A stretch of DNA of 62,586 nt, filler included, from Pseudomonadota bacterium (GCA_043820105.1; 8 parts of 8 records of this genome joined end to end with filler, not necessarily neighbours in it), one strand, 5' to 3'; numbered from the whole stretch's first letter, positions 19,388 to 31,332 are shown. The notes: a model not told the origin generated them from the sequence alone. Numbers and translations: made by a program.

Positions 19388-22300
19388 ATGATTGGAATAA
19401 ATAATCAAACTTTTTTATCAACTTTAGGAGGAAAACTTTCACTTCTTTTCATTTTCACAATCTTATTCGCAACAATGGCTTTTGCTGCGCACACTTCAAC
19501 TGTTGACCTTCAACCTGAATGGTCAAGTGCTGATTCTGATATTGATTATACAGTAACTTTTTGTAAGACAAGCGGCGAAACAGTTAACGAAGTAAGAATT
19601 TACAAGAATTATGACGGTTCAATTTTTTACACTGGTTTTCAATGTGATGACAAATTAGGATGGGAAAAATTATATATTGGAACTTATCCTGCATGTTTTT
19701 ACGTCTCTGATGGGTCAAATCCAATAGATGTTGACGGAGAATGTCAGGACTTTACTTTTTCTGCCCACACCCCCCCAGCAGGAGAACAATATTGTGACCT
19801 TAACTGGAGATTTGAAACAAGAGACATAGATGAATATTGGCAATTTTTATATGATACAACAAGTGTTGATAATGCAGTTCCATTAATAACTAAAGATTTG
19901 GTTGGCGGAACCCAGTCAGGTCCTTGCCCTCCAGGAGCAGGAGAAGAATGCTGGATGACACAAGACACTCAAATAATTGTTTCTGTTATTGACCAAGGAG
20001 ATTGTGGGATAAGCCAGTTAGATTACTGCACTTATTCTTATACTGTTGACGGTGTGCCTCACTTTGAACACACTTTTGACCCAGAAGAACCTTCGCAAGG
20101 AATTTCATGGGAAATTTACTTTGATGAAGATTCAGTTCACGAACTTTATATTGAATGTGCAGACGAAGCAGGAAACACGGTGGAAGACACTGAAGTTTTC
20201 AGAGTAGATTCAACCCCCCCAGAAACAGAAAAAGTTTATGGAGCACCTCATTTCCCTGACCCTATAGTGGAAAATGAATATCCTCATTGGATTAACACTA
20301 ACACTCCGATTACAATGAGTGCAGTTGACCCAGACCCAACAGGATATGAATGCAATATTGGAGTAACAGAAACTTATTACAGGAATATTTTTTATGGTCC
20401 TGGAGAATTAGATAATTATTGTGCAAGTTATGAAGCTTGCCAAACTTGGGAACCTTGTGTAATTAATCCAATAAAAAGTGATTGTGATGGGGATTGCCCT
20501 TCACCATGTGAAGAATGGATTCCTTATACAGGAGAATTTTATAAACAAGAAGAATCATGCCATATCATAGAGTATTACAGTGTTGATGAATTAGGAAACA
20601 CAGAACCAATTAACTGGCAGTGTGTTTATGTTGACAACAGGGCACCGACAGTATGGAAAGAGCATGGAGAAGGAATGATTTGGGATTATGATGAAGTATT
20701 AGGTGAATTCCATTGGATGACACAGGAAACTCCAATTGATTTGTATTGTAAAGACAATGACCCTCATCCAGTAGATAATGTTTCTTTATGGTATAGGACA
20801 TGGAATGACTTAACAGGAACTTGGACTGAATGGCAGGACCCGACAGATTATGCTGAAGTCCAAAAAACAATTTATTTCACTGAAGATTCAGTGCACAAAT
20901 TACAGTATTATTGTGTTGATGCATTAGGCAACTCAGACGGAACACAAGAAGAACCTTATGAACAGACTTACAGAGTAGATTCAACTCCTCCAATAATTGA
21001 AAAAACAATGATTGGAGATAACCATTTAGGAGAATGCCCTCCGGTTAATCCAGAGGATGAATGCTTTGTTGCAGACAACGGAGAAAACGGTGTTCATGTT
21101 GCAGTTTATGACCCTGACCCGACAGACATGGGTTGTAATGTAGATGAAGTGTCATGTGAGTTCACTTTAATCTGGGATGCAACAGAAGAAGAATGCAAGG
21201 AAGCACAAGGTGAATATTTAGGAGACAATGAATGCCTTGTTAATGCAGGAGAATTTGGAGAAGAAGGAAAAGACATTATTTTCACAGAAGATTCAATGCA
21301 TACTTTAACAGTCACTTGTGAAGATGCATTAGAAAATTCAGTTGAAGACATTGAAGTCTTTTTAGTTGATTCAACCCCCCCGGTAACAACCAAAACTTAT
21401 GGTAAACCAACTGTTGTTGCAGGAGATTACAGATGGATTAAAACAAGCACTCCAATTACTTTGACTGCAGAAGACGAAAAAGTCGGAGTTAACACAATCA
21501 ACTGGAGAGTAACTTTGTTAGAGGATATCCCTGACGAATTATGTTATGAAACTTGCCAGTACGAAGGATATGATGGATTTAATTCAGTTGAATCAGATAC
21601 AACAGAATTCAATATTGGCGAAGAATCATGCCATTTGATTGAATTTTATAGTGATGACTTGTTAGGAAACACAGAGATAATGAAAAGACAGTGTGTTTTT
21701 GTTGATGATTCTCCTCCTTTGGTTTGGAAAACAATTGGTGAACCAAAATATGGAGGAAACGAATTCGTTGTTAACGGCGGATTTGAATCAGGAGACACTA
21801 CAGGATGGACTGTTTCTGACGGCCATGTTTATGCAACAGAAGAAGCAGCACACACAGGAACTTATGGAATTAACTTTGAAGAAATTGGCAACTGCCACAC
21901 TGATTCTATTTCACAGGAAATTGTGATTCCTGCAGAAGCAACTGATACAATATTGTCTTTTTGGTTAAGGACTCCTTTCTTTGACGAAGGATTTGACTAT
22001 ATTGCAATTTATTTCAACGGAGACCTGTTATTGCAGGAATGGTATCCTCCTACAAACTGGACTTATTATTCCTTTGATGTAGGAAGTTATGCAGGACAAG
22101 AAGGAACTCTGACTTTGCAGTTTGTTAAGTCAGAAACAACTGACTGCATTATTGGTTCTAATTTGCAGTTAGATGATGTTTCAGTTAGTTCTGGTTCAAG
22201 CGGAGACCTGTATATTACACAAAAGACACCAATTACTTTAACTTGTGAGGATGTAATGCCTCATCCGGTTAACCAGGTTTCATTAAAATACAGATACAGA

Positions 22301-23311
22301 ATAAGCGATGATTGTGAATCATGGGGTGACTGGACTGAATGGTATGACCCGGAAGGAACAGAAGTAGAAAAAATAATTTTCTTCGGGGAAGATTCATGCC
22401 ATGAATTAGAATACAAATGTGAAGATGCATTAGGAAATGCAACAGAAACTTTTAGTGAAATAGACATTGTTGATACAATGGCACCGGAAATTTCAAGGGA
22501 AATTGTCGGCCCGCAAATTGAATTGCCATGCGAGGATAAAGAAGAAACATGCACTTTTATTGACGGAGTAACAGTGATTGAAATAACAGCAACTGACCCA
22601 GCACCACATCCAGTCAATGAAGTAGAATGCAAATGGGGTTATTACCTTGATGCAGGAGAATTCTACGGATGGTATACAGAATTCCCAATAAACTTTCCAG
22701 AAGAAACACAGCATGACCTTGTTGTTGAATGCTGGGATGCATTAGGCAATACAAGTGACTATTCTGAAACATTCTATGTGGACAAAACTCCTCCGGTAAC
22801 AGACCATGAATTAGGAATTCCTTTCTATGCAGAAAACGGAAAGGAATGGATGACTACTGCAACTCCAGTGACTTTATCAGTAGATGATGCAGGACCACAT
22901 AAAACAGGAATTAAAGAAACAAAATACAGAATAACCAAATTAGACAACGAAGGTTATTGTGATACAGAAAATCAGGAGTATATATGTGAAGATGCAGTAA
23001 GTGAAGGAGAATGGATGAATTATTCATCAGAGCCATTCTTTGCAGGAGAAGAATCCTGTCACTTAATTGAATATTATAGTATAGACAATGTCAACAAAAC
23101 AGAGGAAATAAAAAAGAAATGCATTTATGTTGACGAAACAGGACCAGAAACAGTCAAGACAGTCGGTGAACCAAGCGATGTCTGGGATGGAGCAGATTCA
23201 GCTTATTACCCAGAGATTGTAGACCACTGCGGAATTGATTTGGATTGCTGGAAAGTAACTTTATTGACTCCGATTACATTAGACTGTAATGATCCATTGC
23301 CACATCCGGTT
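19388..23311 (+). CDS. Large secreted Cys-rich repeat surface protein (Ig-like repeats plus a CBM-like insert), truncated by contig end
   Basis: Signal peptide; recurring VDSTPP, EESCHLIEYYS.D.LGN and EDS.H.L...C.D.LGN units; VNGGFESGDTTGWT CBM-like motif. Confidence 0.8.
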
Positions 23312-23535
23312 NNNNNNNNNNNNNNNNNNNNNNNNNNNNNNNNNNNNNNNNNNNNTTAATTAATTAANNNNNNNNNNNNNNNNNNNNNNNNNNNNNNNNN
23401 NNNNNNNNNNNATAATATAAATAAATAATTGAAATAAATTTATTTTAGGTATTAACAATTTATTCCAAAACTGGGCAATAAAAGTAAAAGCAAAGCATAA
23501 AATGTATGAAGTAATTTTCTCAAATTGTGATACCT

Positions 23536-24504
23536 TTATTTTTTTCCCCAAATCCTTCGATTTAAATTAAAATCTTCAATAAGAGATATGGCAAGGTTTA
23601 GATCTTGAAAGTAATCATTCATTCTGTATAAATTAGATAATTCCATATCAAGACGCGGTTCAAAGAATTTTTTATCATCTGGAATAGCGATATAAATTTT
23701 GTCATCAATAAAGGAAAGCAAAATATCTTTCTTGGTCTTTTGATTATATTCTAAAATCTTTTCCATAAAATTCGTTGATAAAATATAGCGGGCTTCAACT
23801 TGGTCTTCTGAATAAACAACAAAGGATTTTTCAAATTCTGGATTTTCAAGTTTTACAAGGTCAGGTCTTGTAAAATTTTTTGATTGCATGAATTTTCCAA
23901 TAATGCCCAAGTATTTCTCAGCTTTATCTGGTAAAACAAAGGTCTTTGAGTCAAATTTTTTATTAAAATCAGCAATAAATAATAAGCCATCAAAAATAGG
24001 ATAAACTTGTCTGTTTTTTCCACTGCCTTTTTCGACTTTTGCGTGAAGCTCTGAAAATATAAAACTGGTTTTACCAAGCTTTCCTTTAACAAGGTCATCA
24101 CCAGAATAAATATTAGGTCTTTCTTTAAAAAGTTCACTTCTTTCAAAGGTTGATTTTGATAAATAGCCATAGGCTTGATATTCAAAGCCTGGATCAACAA
24201 ATTCAATAATCGGTTTTATAATTTGATTTTTAAATTTCCTTGCGAACTTTTTAATTCTGCTTCTATGCACTCTGATACCAAAGACAATTCCTAAAAATAT
24301 TGGTGCGGCTATAATAGCACCATGCCAGTGATATTTCAAAAATACATATAAGCCAAAAGCTGAGATACTTCCGGTAATGAGCACAGTAGCAATTATTATA
24401 AAAACAGCATCCTTGCGCGCGTCTTTTCTTTCTTCTTCTAGGGCCAGGCACTTTTGTTTAAGGTCATTTTCATAAAAAGTTTTGAATTCTTGAAATGTTT
24501 TCAT
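23536..24504 (-). CDS. DUF3137-family membrane protein
   Basis: 2 TM; FDGLLFIADFNKKF, VKLENPEFEKSFVVYSEDQVEARYILS; lies downstream of lemA. Confidence 0.85.
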   Translation of the reverse strand: MKTFQEFKTFYENDLKQKCLALEEERKDARKDAVFIIIATVLITGSISAFGLYVFLKYHWHGAIIAAPIFLGIVFGIRVHRSRIKKFARKFKNQIIKPIIEFVDPGFEYQAYGYLSKSTFERSELFKERPNIYSGDDLVKGKLGKTSFIFSELHAKVEKGSGKNRQVYPIFDGLLFIADFNKKFDSKTFVLPDKAEKYLGIIGKFMQSKNFTRPDLVKLENPEFEKSFVVYSEDQVEARYILSTNFMEKILEYNQKTKKDILLSFIDDKIYIAIPDDKKFFEPRLDMELSNLYRMNDYFQDLNLAISLIEDFNLNRRIWGKK

Positions 24505-24518
24505 CTTAGACTTTCAAA

Positions 24519-25088
24519 TTAACTTGCAAACATCTTTTTAACATCAACATTTTTTCGTTCAGCTTCTTCAATTTCTATCCAAGTTGCTTCTTTTAGATTC
24601 ATCCTGCTAGCGATAATATTTGAAGGAAACATTTGAAGGGCATTGTTAAAGTCAGTAACACAAGCATTGTACGTTCTGCGACCTGCTGATATTTTTTCTT
24701 CAACTTCATTTAAAGCTTGCTGGAGTTGAATGAAATTATTACTTGCTTTCAAATCTGGATAATTTTCAACTGCAACCATGATGCCACCAAGAGCCCTTGA
24801 AAGCTCATTGTCAATTTTTATTTTTTCATTATCATCAATACTAGGATTAATTGCTTTTGCACGAAGTTCAGTTATCTTAGTTAAAACACCTGCTTCATGC
24901 TTCATATATTCCTGAACTGATGAAATAAGGTTTGGAATTAGATCATATCTCATCTTCAACAAAACATCGATTGTTGAAAATGCGTTTTTCACATTATTTT
25001 TCTTTGAGATAAGACTGTTATAAATAAAAACAATACCAAGAATTGAAAACACGATGATAGCAAGAATTATCCATGCTACAGTTGACAT
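24519..25088 (-). CDS. lemA: LemA family protein
   Basis: YNSLI..NAFSTIDVLLKMRYDLIPNL; AVENYPDLKASNNFIQLQ. Confidence 0.93.
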   Translation of the reverse strand: MSTVAWIILAIIVFSILGIVFIYNSLISKKNNVKNAFSTIDVLLKMRYDLIPNLISSVQEYMKHEAGVLTKITELRAKAINPSIDDNEKIKIDNELSRALGGIMVAVENYPDLKASNNFIQLQQALNEVEEKISAGRRTYNACVTDFNNALQMFPSNIIASRMNLKEATWIEIEEAERKNVDVKKMFAS

Positions 25089-25325
25089 AGAAACCTCCTA
25101 AAAAGATATAAGGAAAAATTTATGAAATATATAATAGATAAAAACCTGGTAGTGGCAAGATAATAATTAAGCACCTCACATTGTGTCAGAGCAAATCAAT
25201 TAGCAAATCAAAGCATTTTTTCTGTATTCTGAATATAGGATCTTGGTTGTTGCAAAGTAATTTGGCAAATTTGTAAATTTAAATAATATTTTTCAGGAGA
25301 GGTGTTTTTTCTCTTGACCGTACCT

Positions 25326-26039
25326 TTAATGGGCAACCCCTATAATTTTGGAGGATCTAAATAAAAGATTTAGATTGCAATAACTACCATCTCCACACTG
25401 TGCATAAGATGGGTAACTAGAACAATTATCTACAATTTCCAAGTTATCAGTTGCATGATTAGCAGACCAAGTGTTACAGCAATACCTTTCTTCATTAACA
25501 CTCCACATTATTTGACATTGACCTGAATTTTCAACACCACATTCACATGAAATCTCAGCTCCAGGTTTAAAATATTTAAAAATATCTTGTTGCAGTTCAG
25601 TTAGAGCATACTCATAACTTGAAGCATGGTCAAATTCTGTTTGAGAATCATCTTTTTCATAAGCACTTTCAGCTTCATAAATCCGATTTCTTATATCAGC
25701 AATCTCATCATCTTTTCCCTGCAAATACTCATGCATTTTAGCAGTTTCATAAAAATATACTATATTGCCACTTGGGACAGGAATCAAATCTCCGTCTTTC
25801 TGCTTTTTAAGGATATCCTTAATAGATTCTATTTGATTTTGATCAGACTCACTTGAATCATCATCGACTTGAAAGCTCTCTAAAACTTTACTGCTTTTTA
25901 AGCTTTGATCGCCATCTGCTGTTTCATCAAACTCTCCTCCACAACCACTTGATTCATCAACAACTACACCAGAGGAGAAAGTCAGAATTAGTATAGATAA
26001 AATTATAAGAAATATTGTTTTAGACGTTTTTTTTAGCAT
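25326..26039 (-). CDS. Secreted hypothetical protein with Cys-rich C-terminus
   Basis: Signal peptide, AGGAGG RBS, 8 Cys in the C-terminal third. Confidence 0.7.
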   Translation of the reverse strand: MLKKTSKTIFLIILSILILTFSSGVVVDESSGCGGEFDETADGDQSLKSSKVLESFQVDDDSSESDQNQIESIKDILKKQKDGDLIPVPSGNIVYFYETAKMHEYLQGKDDEIADIRNRIYEAESAYEKDDSQTEFDHASSYEYALTELQQDIFKYFKPGAEISCECGVENSGQCQIMWSVNEERYCCNTWSANHATDNLEIVDNCSSYPSYAQCGDGSYCNLNLLFRSSKIIGVAH

Positions 26040-26369
26040 GGCCCCTCCTTAAAATAAGTTACTTTTTTATTATAACATAAAAAATAAAAAATAAAAAATA
26101 AAAAATAAAAATAGATAAAAAAGATCACTGCAATTCAGACACTATATTTTTAATAATTTAGGCCGGCATCCAATTGATGGTATTATAAACATGATCAATG
26201 GAGTATCTTTGCTGCAAGTAATTTTTAGTACATTATTTTCTTGTTGAATTAAAGGTGGTGGGTATACCNNNNNNNNNNNNNNNNNNNNNNNNNNNNNNNN
26301 NNNNNNNNNNNNTTAATTAATTAANNNNNNNNNNNNNNNNNNNNNNNNNNNNNNNNNNNNNNNNNNNNT

Positions 26370-27566
26370 AGATATGGTGAAATTGAAGTTGACTACACAA
26401 TTGAACTACCTTACGAATATCCTCTATATACACCAGCTGATCTTCCCGAAGAATATCCATTTTATTTTGGAGATGATTATGAACTCGGTGAGCAAGACTA
26501 TCCTTATCAAAGTCATGATAACCAACCAGAATTTATTATTTTACCTGATCCTAACAAAGATCCGAATATAGGAAAACCTCTAATTATTGAACCAAGTCCT
26601 GAAAGGGAAGATGAAAATAAAAAACAAATAATTAGATCATTTGAAATAATAGCTTCAGGTGAAAATGAGGGAGATAGTGAAGTGATAGACAATGAAAATC
26701 AGGATATTGGGAATGTAGAACATACAGAGAAATCGACACAAGGGTCGAGTGGAATGCTAGAAAGAAAGTTGGATACTGATACAGTACAGAAATGGGATGA
26801 AAAATTAAAATTTCAAGTAGAAGTGTCTTTTGATAGGCAATACAACTTTATGATGGAGAATGGCTTAGATGAATGTGATGAAATTTTGGATGTTGGAACA
26901 GGTAACGGTTACTTCTTGGGGTTATTAGCAGTTAATAAGCCATATGTGTCTTTTACTGGATTAGACTCTAATGAAACTATGCTTGGGCGTGCAGAAGACA
27001 TAGTCCAGGGATTGGGAGTTGATAATGTTACACTATTAAGTGGAGACATAGATCAGGATCCATTTGGAGATAAAGAACCTCAATTTGATGGGATATTATT
27101 GAGATATACTGATGTTCATATAAGTGATTTTGAACATACATTATCTATACTATCAAAATATCTAAAACCAGGGGGTAGAATTTGGATTTTTTCCGTTGAA
27201 ATAGATAATATGGGGAGTACTCCTGAGCATGAAGTCTATAAATTATATATTGAAGGAATTCAAAGGTTTTACCATACATTTGGCATAGATGGACATAGAG
27301 CTACTATTCTTACATCCTTGCTTGATATTGCAGGGTTTTCTGAAGTAGTAAGTGTTCCTGATTTAATTTCAACTAAAGATCTTGGTGCTAAAATGTTTGG
27401 TGACTTTATGATAAATCAGGCTGAAGTGTTCAGACATTTTGATAGTACATCCTTTTCCGAAGAGGATGTTGAAATAATAAGAGATTTTGCTCATACTTAT
27501 TTATCATCTCAAGAGTTTAATGGCACTCACGGTGCAGTGATGGTTACGGCTGTTAAAAGCGAATAA
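26370..27566 (+). CDS. Class I SAM methyltransferase with long acidic Pro/Tyr-rich N-terminal region (5' partial)
   Basis: Frame is open from the contig start (RYGEIEVDYTIELPYEYP...) into ILDVGTGNG...LKPGG. Confidence 0.8.
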   Translation, partial: RYGEIEVDYTIELPYEYPLYTPADLPEEYPFYFGDDYELGEQDYPYQSHDNQPEFIILPDPNKDPNIGKPLIIEPSPEREDENKKQIIRSFEIIASGENEGDSEVIDNENQDIGNVEHTEKSTQGSSGMLERKLDTDTVQKWDEKLKFQVEVSFDRQYNFMMENGLDECDEILDVGTGNGYFLGLLAVNKPYVSFTGLDSNETMLGRAEDIVQGLGVDNVTLLSGDIDQDPFGDKEPQFDGILLRYTDVHISDFEHTLSILSKYLKPGGRIWIFSVEIDNMGSTPEHEVYKLYIEGIQRFYHTFGIDGHRATILTSLLDIAGFSEVVSVPDLISTKDLGAKMFGDFMINQAEVFRHFDSTSFSEEDVEIIRDFAHTYLSSQEFNGTHGAVMVTAVKSE

Positions 27567-27577
27567 ATATCACAAAT

Positions 27578-29551
27578 ATGGTGTGTGAAATGAAAAATAA
27601 AAAAATATGTTTAATTAATCCACCAACTTCTAATAAAATGGAACCAGCAGGTTTGCCAGCAGGATTACTCGCCATAGGTTCTATTTTAAAGAAAAGTTAT
27701 AAAAACGTTTGGATTTCTGATATTGATGTTAAATCGAGAAAAGAAAAAAGGAAACCACATCAAACTTTTTATACTAATTTAATTGAAGATATTGTAAAGA
27801 CAGAACCGAATATAATTGGATTTACATCATACTGTAATAACTTACCAGTTGTGATACATATGGCAATGGAAATAAAAAAATTAAATAAGGACATTACGAT
27901 TATATTAGGTGGCCCTCAACCGACTTTTACAGCCTCAGAAATTATGAAAAATTTCAACTGTTTTGATGTGATAAGCAGAGGAGAATCAGAAAGTCATATT
28001 AATAAATTAATATTTAAAATAAACAATAATGATTCTTTGGAATTTATACCTAATATCACTTATAAAAAATCTAATAAAGTAATAAATACAGAACCAGGAA
28101 TGCTGATTGAAGACTTAGATTGTCTTCCCGAAACAGATTATTCGTTGTTGGAATTAACCGAATATAATCCCAATAAAGAAAATATTAATATTTCTATTGA
28201 AGCAGGTAGAGGATGCCCATTTAGTTGCACATTTTGCTCAACCTCTTTGATGTGGCAAAGAAAATGTCGAATGAAGTCAATTCCAAGGTTGTATAGTGAT
28301 ATGACAAAAGCAGCAAAGACCTTTGATTATAAACATCTAGCATTAATTCATGATAACTTCACTGTAAACAAATCATACCTAATTGATTTTTGCAATTATC
28401 TAATAATGAAAAACACACCTTTTACATGGGCTTGTAGTTCTAGAGCTGATCAACTAGATGAAGAAACACTTAATATTATGAAGGAGGCAGGTTGTTGCGA
28501 GATTTATTTTGGAATTGAAAGTGGTTCAGCGAGAATCCAAAAACAAACGAAAAAGAATTTGAACATTTCTAAAGTAAAAAATGTATTAAAAAAAGTAGCG
28601 ACATCTGATATTAACTGTATATCATCTTTCATTATTGGGCATATTGAAGAGACAAAAATTGACTTAGATCAAACTTTAGAATTAATATTATATTTGAAAC
28701 TTAATGGTATTAACTTAATCCAAATGCATTTGCTAGCAGCCCATAGTGGAACTAAAGTATATGAAGAAGTCAAAGACCATTTATTTTTAAAAGCACATTC
28801 ATCTCATTTAGGTCCAATTGAAAGTTTGGAATGGAGTAGTAAATTATATGACATTGTCAAAGCGTTTCCAGAAATCTTTCCTGCTTTTTATCATTTCCAT
28901 CGTAAAAATATTGATTCAAAATTCTTAGAATTCATTCAAAATTCAGGTTTTATATTGATTAATAGTTTTTTCAGGTCAATTTATACAATATCATGTCTTA
29001 TATCTATTTCTCCAGTTGAATTGCTTTATAGGTTATATAAAAATCAATTTAAGATAACTAATGAAAATATTTCTTCAAATGATATTGAAAAGGCATTCCA
29101 CTGCATACTCGAAATTATAAGGTCTGAGAAAAAAGATTATATTAATGATATTTTAGAATATGAATTAGCAATTTATAAGCTCTCCGTTTTAGAAAATAGC
29201 GCCATTATTTTAAAAAAGCATACTAAGATAATAATAGATGGAAAGACTTTTAAATTAAAGTCTAAATTATTATTACGAAAGCTTCGTTATGAGATCGAAA
29301 ATGATAAGTTGGCAAATATGATTAAACGTGATGCATATTATTTGTTTGTTTCTGATGAGTTTAAATTTAATGAATATGAATCTTCTGTTGTTGTATTTGA
29401 GATAGAGGAGGAATTGTATCATTTTCTGGAGATCATTTCTTCAAAAGACTACTATTCATTTGATACTATTGATTTGGCGCTTTTAAGATTATCTATTTCC
29501 AAAATGAATTTAGATGATTTGGTTAAAAATAATATTTTAAATCTTACCTAA
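27578..29551 (+). CDS. Cobalamin-binding radical SAM enzyme
   Basis: N-terminal B12-binding region (LINPP..P.GLL.IGS, IGFTSY, ILGGPQPT, RGESE); GRGCPFSCTFC CxxxCxxC; YFGIESGS; long C-terminal extension. Confidence 0.9.
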   Translation: MVCEMKNKKICLINPPTSNKMEPAGLPAGLLAIGSILKKSYKNVWISDIDVKSRKEKRKPHQTFYTNLIEDIVKTEPNIIGFTSYCNNLPVVIHMAMEIKKLNKDITIILGGPQPTFTASEIMKNFNCFDVISRGESESHINKLIFKINNNDSLEFIPNITYKKSNKVINTEPGMLIEDLDCLPETDYSLLELTEYNPNKENINISIEAGRGCPFSCTFCSTSLMWQRKCRMKSIPRLYSDMTKAAKTFDYKHLALIHDNFTVNKSYLIDFCNYLIMKNTPFTWACSSRADQLDEETLNIMKEAGCCEIYFGIESGSARIQKQTKKNLNISKVKNVLKKVATSDINCISSFIIGHIEETKIDLDQTLELILYLKLNGINLIQMHLLAAHSGTKVYEEVKDHLFLKAHSSHLGPIESLEWSSKLYDIVKAFPEIFPAFYHFHRKNIDSKFLEFIQNSGFILINSFFRSIYTISCLISISPVELLYRLYKNQFKITNENISSNDIEKAFHCILEIIRSEKKDYINDILEYELAIYKLSVLENSAIILKKHTKIIIDGKTFKLKSKLLLRKLRYEIENDKLANMIKRDAYYLFVSDEFKFNEYESSVVVFEIEEELYHFLEIISSKDYYSFDTIDLALLRLSISKMNLDDLVKNNILNLT

Positions 29552-29577
29552 TTTATAAAACTGAAAGGAGATTTTTT

Positions 29578-29631
29578 ATGAAAAAAAAGGAGACTATTAA
29601 GATTATTCGAAAACCTTTTTGTCAGGGCTAG
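29578..29631 (+). CDS. 17-aa peptide MKKKETIKIIRKPFCQG, candidate radical SAM substrate
   Basis: Strong RBS AAAGGAG 7 nt before ATG; 26 bp after the rSAM stop; followed by a hairpin; below the ORF-track length cutoff. Confidence 0.7.
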   Translation: MKKKETIKIIRKPFCQG

Positions 29632-29668
29632 TTGATTTAATCTTATATTGGAAGTTAACTAGTTTAAT

Positions 29669-29720
29669 CTTGGGAGGAAAACTAATATGCTTTTTTTGTT
29701 TTCCTCTCAAGTTAGTTTTT
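29669..29720 (+). terminator. Hairpin after the micro-peptide
   Basis: 14-bp stem CTTGGGAGGAAAAC / GTTTTCCTCTCAAG followed by a T-rich tract. Confidence 0.65.
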
Positions 29721-29731
29721 ATTAAAAAAAC

Positions 29732-31300
29732 ATGAAGATTGAAATTCTTTTAAAATTTAGAATATTAGAAATAATTTTTTGCCTGAATTTTATTCTTTTA
29801 TCGAATATATATAGTAATAATGAAAAAAAATATGAAACAGCAATAATTTCAAATCCAGGCTCTATTGATCCAAAAGATATAAGAAATCTATATGCAACAC
29901 TAATCGGATCACAAATTTTTGAAGGATTAGTAAAAGTTGATGAGAACCTGAACATAGTTCCAGCTATAGCTAAAAGTTGGGAGATTAGTGGTAACGGTAA
30001 AGTTACCACCTTCGTATTAAGAAAAGGAGTTCGTTTTCATAATGGGAAAGAAGTTACTTCGGATGATTTTGTTTATTCATTGAGTAGAATTATTAAAAAA
30101 GAAGAAGATAACCTCTATTTTAAATCCTTTGATAATATTGTAGGAGCTAGAGAGTATAAATTAAATAAAGCAAAAACAGTAAAAGGGATATTTTCAAAAG
30201 ATAGATATACTCTTGAAATCAATTTAATTAAACCGAATCCTTCGTTTTATAAAATTCTTGCTGCTGTAAATTGCGGTGTAATTCCATTTGCATTTGCTGA
30301 AATTAAATCAAACAATATTAAATATTTTCCTGTTAGTGCGGGACCATTTAAAGTTGAAAAATGGGAATTAAATAAAAAAATATTACTGACACGACATGAT
30401 CAATATTATGATACTTTGCCTAATATAAATAAATTAGTTTTTAATATTACAACTGAGAAGCAATTGCTTGAAGATTTTAATTCAGGGAAAATCTACGATA
30501 CGTTTAGCTTAAGTCTTTATAAAGATATTAATGTAAAATATTTAAATAGCTATTTAATTGAAGAAAAACTTCCCTTACTACATTTTATTGCAATAAATAA
30601 TAAGATAGAACCTTTTAATAATATATATTATCGCAGAGCTTTGCATTATGGATTAGATAAGAAAAGACTTGTGTCAGAGGTTTTTGGTAAAGAAAATATA
30701 ACTAATAGCTCTATACCTTATGGAATCGGCGGCTATTCTTCAGAAATGAAAACCTATGAATATTCTACAATAAAAGCAAAAAAAATGCTATCAAAGTCAA
30801 GTTTATCGATAGATGATTTGTCTAAAAAAATAATAATTTGGGGGAGAAATTCCTTGCCCAACAAGGATAAATTTAAGGATATTATTGAAAATAATTATAG
30901 GACCATAGGTTTAAATCCTGAAGTTCGTTTCATATCAACTAATCTTTTTCTAAAAAAATTTTATGCAGGAGAGATGGGAATGTTCTATGCTATGCATAAT
31001 ATCAATATGAATGACGCGGGATTCATCCTTGCTTGGTATGAGTCAAAAAACAAATTGAATTTTACTGGATTGAATAATAAGAAGTTTGATCTTTTAATGG
31101 AAATGGCACGCGAAGAATCGGATGATTATATAAAATTTAGATTATATTCAAAAGCTGATTATATTATTAATGATGAAGCAGTACAGATTAATTTATTTAA
31201 TAAAGTCTTTAAAATGTATGTGAATAATAAAGTTAGTAATTTTAAATTATTTAAAATTGGTCCAATTGTACAATATAAATTAATTTATATTGAAGAATAG
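29732..31300 (+). CDS. Family 5 (OppA/DppA-like) solute-binding protein, no permease adjacent
   Basis: SIDP..QIFEGLV..IVPAIAKSWEIS..F.LRKGVRFHNG..TSDDFVYS; AGPFK; RRAL.YGLD. Confidence 0.9.
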   Translation: MKIEILLKFRILEIIFCLNFILLSNIYSNNEKKYETAIISNPGSIDPKDIRNLYATLIGSQIFEGLVKVDENLNIVPAIAKSWEISGNGKVTTFVLRKGVRFHNGKEVTSDDFVYSLSRIIKKEEDNLYFKSFDNIVGAREYKLNKAKTVKGIFSKDRYTLEINLIKPNPSFYKILAAVNCGVIPFAFAEIKSNNIKYFPVSAGPFKVEKWELNKKILLTRHDQYYDTLPNINKLVFNITTEKQLLEDFNSGKIYDTFSLSLYKDINVKYLNSYLIEEKLPLLHFIAINNKIEPFNNIYYRRALHYGLDKKRLVSEVFGKENITNSSIPYGIGGYSSEMKTYEYSTIKAKKMLSKSSLSIDDLSKKIIIWGRNSLPNKDKFKDIIENNYRTIGLNPEVRFISTNLFLKKFYAGEMGMFYAMHNINMNDAGFILAWYESKNKLNFTGLNNKKFDLLMEMAREESDDYIKFRLYSKADYIINDEAVQINLFNKVFKMYVNNKVSNFKLFKIGPIVQYKLIYIEE

Positions 31301-31332
31301 ACCTGTTACTTTATAACAACATTAGGGAATTA

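Noticed and set aside
26078-26122. TAAAAAA-type repeats
   Set aside because: Simple A-rich low complexity; cannot be tied to the heptamer families.
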